Positions 57,165 through 64,000 of a stretch of DNA of 64,000 nt are shown piece by piece. The stretch lies in NCBI GenBank assembly GCA_964019425.1, contig OZ025780.1:1054001-1118000 (forward strand), read 5' to 3'. Origin of the DNA: Flectonema sp. DT1601. Lineage: Eukaryota. The notes beneath the pieces are model-generated. The model was not told the origin of the DNA and did no database searches. It worked only from the letters and a program-made list of their open reading frames with translations. How positions within the stretch are numbered: the first letter of the stretch is position 1; each line of letters opens with the position of its first letter. The translations under genes were made by a program, and so were the position numbers.

Positions 57165-58904
57165 ATGCCAACAAAGGGACACGAAGGTGTCCGTCTCCGA
57201 AACTGCGCACAAGTTGGAGACACAGTTGGTCTCGAAGCTCAACTAGACAATGGAGTCGACGTAGACAGCGCTGATGAAGTTACTGCTCTCTGGTTAGCAT
57301 CAGCTGCGGGTAAATTAGAATGTGTAAAAATGTTAATGAGATATGGTGCTAATGTTAATTGTAAGAGAGAGAAGGATAACGTCACTGCATTATTTATTGC
57401 GTCACAAAATGGTCACAATGATGTTGTGTCTGCCATCCTTCAGGTAAGTAGTAGATCAATAAACACTGCTAAACACAATGGAGCTACACCACTTCTAATT
57501 GCTGCACAACAAGGTTACATTGCAATAGCAGAACAGTTGCTACAACTTGGAGCAGATCCCGACGTGAAGAAAGAACAAGACGTCACTGCTTTCATGCTTG
57601 CTTGCTTTATGGGAAATGCTGAGCTTGCGGTGCTCCTCCTCAGATATGGTGCGAATCACAAACTAAAAGGAGGTGGGAAATCAGGTATGGAATGGGCGAA
57701 GTTCAAAGAACACAAAGAGGTAATGGCTTCTGTTTCTCACTACATTACTATCGTCCGCAATATAACACTTGCCGCTGGGGGTTTTGTACACGCTGGGTAT
57801 CGTAAATGGTTACAATTCACACTTGACAGAATGACGAGGAAAAAAGTGAATTCAAACGACGACACCCCGTCGACATCGTCTCCGATGATGTCTTCCGTTG
57901 AATCGAATCAATCATCGAGGAAAGGGACCGGCAGGAAATCTGAACTCCATTTTGATGTTCTTTCTGACAACAGAGACTTCACTCTTGATAAGACGAATGA
58001 GTTTCTAGACTCAAGTCACATTGAGTATGCAGGTACGAGTGGAAACAGACTACGATCAGTAATCATACCGTCGACACTAAACCAAGTTGAGGAGGGTTGG
58101 AAAGCACCTCAACATCATCACCATCAGTATCCAAATTATGAACTTGGAGGAGGAGGTTATGTTTCAGAAGATGAAAGTGGTCAGGACTCTTTGAATTCAA
58201 CAATTAGAAGTCTGCCGTCGGTAGACTCGCAGTCAGAAGTAGCTGATCCTCATCAGGCAGTCACAATATCTCATCAGTACCTCAGAAGGTTAGAACGTAC
58301 TTATGAAGCTGAATTTGGAAAGCCTCCCGGAGAAGGAGTCCCCGACTACATCCCACCTGTTGAAGTTGTTCAGCAGTCTCCTTACAGCAGAAAGAAGTCT
58401 CGAAAACTGGCTGAAATCAAATCAAATTTTAAGATGTTTTATCCAAAAGAACATGAAGGACGTGAAGTGATGAAGGAATACATCAACAGTCACGCGATGC
58501 TTTCAAAGGTTCACAGCGACTATCACATTCCAAAAGGAAATCCAAAGCTCTCCGTGAGTGGTTGCCATCGTTCAAAAATGTGCAGCGAATTTGCTTCCCC
58601 GCGGGTACCCGCGGCTAATAAAGAATTTAGTTATCCTTCGGAAGGTCGTCTTGATGGAGGTAAGAAGAGCACTTTGTGGAAACGAGAAATGTCATCTCAG
58701 GCAGCACGTGAGCGCAAAGCAATCAGAGAAGCAACTTCTAAAGCAGTTCTCGCAAACCTGCAAACAAAAGCTCTTCGAGGTGAGCTTCAATCTCCACAAC
58801 TCGCAAGGTCAGGAGAGGCTGTCCCATCTCTCATTTGCAGCAAAAGTCGAGACACTACTTGCAGCGCTGTGTACGCGAAGTTCCACAAAAAGCACTTCGC
58901 CTGA
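57165..58904 (+). CDS. Ankyrin-repeat protein with a long low-complexity C-terminus
   Basis: TALWLASAAG, TALFIASQNGH, GATPLLIAAQQG, TAFMLACFMG. Confidence 0.9.
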   Translation: MPTKGHEGVRLRNCAQVGDTVGLEAQLDNGVDVDSADEVTALWLASAAGKLECVKMLMRYGANVNCKREKDNVTALFIASQNGHNDVVSAILQVSSRSINTAKHNGATPLLIAAQQGYIAIAEQLLQLGADPDVKKEQDVTAFMLACFMGNAELAVLLLRYGANHKLKGGGKSGMEWAKFKEHKEVMASVSHYITIVRNITLAAGGFVHAGYRKWLQFTLDRMTRKKVNSNDDTPSTSSPMMSSVESNQSSRKGTGRKSELHFDVLSDNRDFTLDKTNEFLDSSHIEYAGTSGNRLRSVIIPSTLNQVEEGWKAPQHHHHQYPNYELGGGGYVSEDESGQDSLNSTIRSLPSVDSQSEVADPHQAVTISHQYLRRLERTYEAEFGKPPGEGVPDYIPPVEVVQQSPYSRKKSRKLAEIKSNFKMFYPKEHEGREVMKEYINSHAMLSKVHSDYHIPKGNPKLSVSGCHRSKMCSEFASPRVPAANKEFSYPSEGRLDGGKKSTLWKREMSSQAARERKAIREATSKAVLANLQTKALRGELQSPQLARSGEAVPSLICSKSRDTTCSAVYAKFHKKHFA

Positions 58905-59206
58905 TGGGAACTTTTTCTTTATTTGGTTCTGCTTCGTTTCGTAATCCGTGCCGTCAGGTGGAGTCCATTTCCCACTTTTGAAAACTTTGTACCTGAAATG
59001 GTCAGCCTTTCTTTGTTATGTGTTCCGTGCGAGTTATTAATTTGATTTATTTATTTATCTTCTTTGCTGTATTTGTACTTTTTTCTGTTTCAATGTTGGT
59101 TCCTAAGAAAAACTCATTGAGATAAACCTTTCTGAATAGTAACTAACTATCTGTCTGTCTCTCTCTCTCTTATCCATTCACTCCCTCACAGGTATTGTAT
59201 CATAAG

Positions 59207-61446
59207 ATGGCGAGAAGCAATGTAAAGAAGCAGAAGCGGATGGTGAAGTTCAAGAGGAGTGGAGGAATGGATCAGAAGATGGTTTACGATAAGAAGATCA
59301 GACCAATCAAAGACAAGATAATTGAGACGGAGAGAAAACGTCAAAAGAGAGAAGAAGATGAGGTTCACGAAGCAGAGAGAAGTCACAAAGAAGAGATAGC
59401 AAAGTTACAACAAGCAGATCCAATATATGACGGAGACACTGACGAGGAAGATAACGTCAGCTTTGAGGACGCTATCAACGATGATGAACTGGAAGACCAA
59501 TTAGAAGAAGCTCAAGAACAGGAATCTGATGAAGAACCAGAAGATGGAGTTCCTTCAAAACAAGAACTCACACTCTCAGACATGGCAGGTCTGCTACAAC
59601 AATTAGACCCTTCTCCTTCTATCAGAAGTTTAAAGCGTGCAATTCACGCCTTTCGTACTGCAGCTAATCAGGGATATCTGGGTGTTGGTGATTCCCAGAA
59701 GACTGAAGACAAATCTTTTATTAAGGACACGGAGGTATTCGAACTAATTGTAACCGTTGGAGCTGAACGTATCCCAGCTGCTCTGAATGCCTTCATTGGA
59801 AGGTCAAAGGGAAGTAAGAAGCCTCATCAGTATGAGAAATGGTCAAACGTTAAGCAAATGGCGAAGGGATACGCGAGTTCCGTTGCGAAGCTGATCACTT
59901 CTGCAGGACTACCGGATGCGATAATTGCTCACGTGTTGAGACACTCGGTAAAGATAGTTGACTTTTTATATATTCACATCGCAATAGCGAGATCACTTTT
60001 AAATGCTTGTCTTCACCACGTCGCTAACACGAATGAGAAGATTCAGATCGTTGCGTTTCTTGTGGTCAGAGAGATGGCGACTCCTGGAAACCTCCCTCCT
60101 CCTTTCACAGATATTTGTATGAGAGGAATGTATTTAACTTTTGTTAAGAACACGAGATCATTCAATCACGAAACCCACTCAACAGTCAGCTACGTTATGA
60201 ACGAATGCGTTGAACTGTTTGGAGTTGATCTCGCGTCAGCATACCAACACATGTTTATTTATATTAGACAGCTGGCTGTTTATTTAAAAACCGCTTTACA
60301 AAGCGGAGCAGGAGAAGAAGCATTTCGTCACGTGTACAACTGGCAGTACATAAACAGTTTACGTCTTTGGGCAATGACCGCTTCAAGGTACAACGATGAA
60401 AAGGAACTGTTGCCACTTGTTTACCCTCTCTGTCAAGTTGCTTGTGGTGTTGTGGAGTTATTCCCTTCTCCAAAAACCTTTCCATTGCATTTAATTGTCA
60501 TCAGTATACTAAACCATTTGTCTAAGGCTGCTGGAGTGTACATCCCTGTAGCTGGTTACATTTTAAGGATTCTCTCATCTCCTGAATTCGCTAAAAATTA
60601 CCGCAAGCAGGAATCGAGCTCTCGACCTCACGATCTGATGTTTATCCTGCGGGCTAAGAAGGCTGACTTCTCGTCGTTTCCATATCAATCTTCAGTTTGG
60701 AATGAAGCTCTTTATCTTTTATCGGAGCATCTTGCATTGCAGAGTCACACGATTGGGTTCCCAGAGTTGGTGTACCCGCTCACTGCGAGATTGAAGAAGT
60801 TATCAAAAGAACTGTCAAACAACAAATGGAGACAGTCGGTCACTTCCCTACTTCAGAAGATTAAAAGCGCATCCGACTTCATAGTTAAGAAGAGGAAAGC
60901 AGTAACGTTTGGACCGAGTGCTGTCGATAAGGTGTGTTGACGATACTTTTTATTTAGCCGCCGGTTTAGTTCTCACATAATTTAACAAACACAAACAGGT
61001 TCAAGCCTTCGAAGCAGCAATCCAAGAAGAAGGAACTCCATTCTATAAGTCATTCGTAAAGGACAAACAGCGTAGAGATGACATGAGAAGATCTCGTATC
61101 CAGTCACTTAAAGCTGACAAGAGAAAGACAATCGATGAGTACGCTGAAGACGAAGAAGATGAGGAGGTTTGCTATTCATTTCCTTTAGTTCACCAGACTC
61201 TTCTGAACCAATTCTATGGTTATGTTGGTCGTGTTTTCTATTTTCTGTTTTTTCATAATAAAAATCCACAAACAGTCCGAAGAAGACCTCGCTGACTTGG
61301 CACAAGCTGATGACGTTGATGAAGAAAGTGACAACGAGTCAATCGAGTCTTTCAACGAAGAGGGAGAAGAGCCTGAAGAAGAACAGCATCAGAATGGCAC
61401 TGAAAATGGAAAGCAGAGATGGGGAAAGAGGAAGAGATCGCGATAG
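59207..61446 (+). CDS. NOC2L: Nucleolar complex protein 2 (Noc2); exons 59207-60931, 60999-61166 and 61276-61446
   Basis: YQHMFIYIRQLAVYL, VYNWQYINSLRLW, LLPLVYPLCQV, FPLHL, GVYIPV, IGFPEL. Two phase-0 GT-AG introns (67 and 109 nt) join the three ORFs in frame. Confidence 0.92.
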
Positions 61447-61877
61447 TAAGATCACGTTGATGACTTTCGTTGTTTTACTTCGTTTCGTAGCTGTGTCGTT
61501 AACAGGGGACACAAGTTTTTTAAAAAAAAAAGAAAGAAAAGACCCTTTCCTCTCTCCCAACACCGTGCAAAATAGCAAATTTGTTTTTTACGTATCAAGT
61601 CTGAATAGGGAATCGTATCAACGCCCTCCTTTCCGGTTCTAGGCCAATCATAAGTAGTGTTGCGTTTCTGTGATTTGAAATTTTTGTACTTATTTATCAT
61701 TTCTTTTATTTAATCAGAAGTCGTCATTGTAGACACAACCGGAGGATTGTAAATCTTCAAAAAATGTTAAAAAACCCATCCAACAATATCAGTAAAAGGT
61801 AGTGATGTATGTAGTGTTTTATGATCTGTTACTTTATCTTTAGTTTCCCACCTCAGATATTACCCATTAGAATTAGA

Positions 61878-63314
61878 ATGGAGGTGTTCATCCAAACACC
61901 AACAGGAGAGACCCACAGTGTCGTAATTCAGGCGAATTGGTATCTGAAGGACCTGAAAGAAGAACTTTTAGAAACGACGGGTGAAGACTTTAAGTGGGCG
62001 TCTTTTACTTTTGAAGGAGAACCAGTACCTTCAGAAAAGGTATTGGTGAGCACGGGGATTACTGGAGGATGTATTTTAGAATTCGGAGAGAGCGGAGAAA
62101 CAGCAGCCATCGCATTGTTGGATTCAAAGTATCCAACGGCTGGGATGGAATTAGTTTATGAAGCATCGCGTAACCCAACTGAAACTATGCATGATGAGTG
62201 CTTAGAAGCGTTGGCTGTCTCAGGTAGATTCGAAAAACTGCCTGGTTTCATCCACCTCCTTCTCTACATGAAACGATACACCATAGCTAGGAAAGCTTTC
62301 TCGAAGAGGGATGTGAATGAGCCTGTGATATCTTCGGGAGGTAGGGTTTTTTTAGTCAACTACACAAATGACTACTTAAGGTACGCAATCGTATTGGACG
62401 ACCCGGAGGCGGTCGATCTCGTACTGGGTGTCGGTTATGACATCCAAAAAGTTTTAAAAAGGACTCCAATCGACTTGTTTGCAATCAAAGAGAAGTCTTT
62501 ACTAACTCTTCAGATGCTCGACAGAAGAATACCTGAGCTTTGTGGAACTTACCCACGGTGGTGCAATAGAGTTATGGCTGCGGTGGAGGGAGGTAGAGAG
62601 GAGAAAATCAACTACACTCTGAGTACGTACAGCGGCAACACTCCTCTCTTTGCTACTGAATCTCTTGTAAGAAAAGTATCTTTCATTGTATTGTTGTCGT
62701 GCGTTTCTACACACGAAAAATTTGCATCAAAATTATTTTATTGTGAATTACTGACAGAGGATAATCACCTCACTCTGTTTGAGTTTGTGGATATAAAGAA
62801 GTGTTCCTCTGGAAATGTTAAAAAAGTAGCAAAACAACACATCGAAAGCAATCATTACCGAGTAGCTAAGAAGATCATGACAGCAGCTGGACTGGACAAG
62901 TGTCAGTCATTCTTCATGGATGTTTTGTTAATAATGTCACAGACTTCCGTTGATATCGCCGAGTGGATTGGGTTGTTTGAAATCGAATTGATGACTGGAA
63001 AGGATATCGACGACGAGGCTGAAAAACGAGGAGTTGATCATCCTCTGATCAAAGCAGCCAGTCAAGGTCAGCTGTCGATAGTTAAATGGTTGTTAGATCT
63101 ATCACCTTCGTGTAATGTTAATGTTCGTAGCGGAGGTAAGATCACAGCACTAATTGCTGCCTCACGTCAGCACGCTCCTGTTGTTAAATTTCTGTTGGAG
63201 CGAAATGCAGATCCAAATCTTAAAACGGAATCTGGTAACACGGCTCTCAGCGCCGCAACGTTCGTCATGAACGTTGAGATCTGTTCTCTTCTTTCTTCAG
63301 TTGATGCCAAGTAG
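61878..63314 (+). CDS. Ubiquitin-like + ankyrin-repeat protein
   Basis: MEVFIQTPTGETHSV...LKDLK...FEGEPV...GITGGCIL (Ubl-like). C-terminal PLIKAASQGQ, TALIAAS, ADPNLKTESGNTALSAA (ankyrin). Confidence 0.85.
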   Translation: MEVFIQTPTGETHSVVIQANWYLKDLKEELLETTGEDFKWASFTFEGEPVPSEKVLVSTGITGGCILEFGESGETAAIALLDSKYPTAGMELVYEASRNPTETMHDECLEALAVSGRFEKLPGFIHLLLYMKRYTIARKAFSKRDVNEPVISSGGRVFLVNYTNDYLRYAIVLDDPEAVDLVLGVGYDIQKVLKRTPIDLFAIKEKSLLTLQMLDRRIPELCGTYPRWCNRVMAAVEGGREEKINYTLSTYSGNTPLFATESLVRKVSFIVLLSCVSTHEKFASKLFYCELLTEDNHLTLFEFVDIKKCSSGNVKKVAKQHIESNHYRVAKKIMTAAGLDKCQSFFMDVLLIMSQTSVDIAEWIGLFEIELMTGKDIDDEAEKRGVDHPLIKAASQGQLSIVKWLLDLSPSCNVNVRSGGKITALIAASRQHAPVVKFLLERNADPNLKTESGNTALSAATFVMNVEICSLLSSVDAK

Positions 63315-63744
63315 TACTGGTGTCGAAGACTTTTTGGATTCATTTTTTTTTTTTTTTTTTTTTTTTTTTTGCACTTTCTTGCGGTATAGGTCACATCTTT
63401 ATTTTGAAAATTGAAACCTCGATGAAGACGCTACGAGGAACTAAAGTGTTCACGTGATGCGGTTTACTTTTTATTTAGCATACTAATACAACATAAGGAT
63501 CACTGAGTACCTTCTCACCTTCACTCAAAATAATAATAATAATCCTTTTTATTTTTTTAGTGTCCCTTCAGGTTGGTTTGTCTCTCTAACCTTCACTAAT
63601 TAACCTGGGTCTTGTTGTTATAAATTGTGTATTTTTTTTTTTTTTTTTTTGTTTGCAACTTACTTTGCAACAGAAGTTAAGCTGAACATGAATTGAGTTT
63701 TCTTTTCAATTAATTATTATTATTATTATTTTTTTTTTTTTTTT

Positions 63745-63850
63745 GTATCCGTAGTCGGAAAAAGAAGAATTCAGATTGAAAAAGACCGTTATTTCTTAGG
63801 ATTCTGTCTGCGTTCAAACAAAATATAATTATCAAATCTGAATAAGGTTT
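63745..63850 (+). repeat. Dispersed hairpin repeat family B, copy 3
   Basis: gtatccgtagtcggaaaaagaagaattcagattgaa...atttctta.ggattctgtctgcgttcaa...aatctgaataaggttt. Confidence 0.85.
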
Positions 63851-64000
63851 TTAGACTATAGACACTCAGTTTGTCAGAGCTTGAGAACATGGGGCTTCCC
63901 ATTGTTGGGGGAGCCATTCTTCGGTTCGTATCACACAAGCAAACAAACAAACAAAAAAAAAAAAATACTGTGTTGGCTTTTTAAGGTAGTTTCTTACATT

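Overview
AT-rich eukaryotic nuclear DNA, most likely from a euglenozoan and probably a diplonemid-type protist. This is inferred from every credible gene lying on the + strand, pyrimidine-tract/YAG sites just before ATGs (suggesting SL trans-splicing), short GT-AG introns, a DUF1935-calpain-like gene and a PYLP/EWMY-type cyclase domain. About 23 protein genes are supported: a DUF229-like secreted protein, RUVBL2, a divergent histone H4, a pseudo-calpain, a helical-repeat (RAP/FAST-like) protein, three Ubl-like+ankyrin genes and one other ankyrin protein, a GH18 chitobiase, TTC4/Cns1, NOC2, several orphans, and two microproteins missed or mis-called by the ORF track. The standout is a 1410-aa Amt-Amt-cyclase fusion: a degenerate ammonium-transporter domain, a topology-restoring hydrophobic linker, a twin-His-intact Amt domain, and a class III nucleotidyl cyclase-like domain lacking catalytic residues. 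It is a candidate eukaryotic ammonium transceptor. Intergenic DNA contains a 758-bp TIR element with a tRNA-like B-box, several same-orientation structured dispersed repeats, a nested insertion with an (ATCT)7 tail, and microsatellites. All family calls come from motif recognition by eye; no database search was run.
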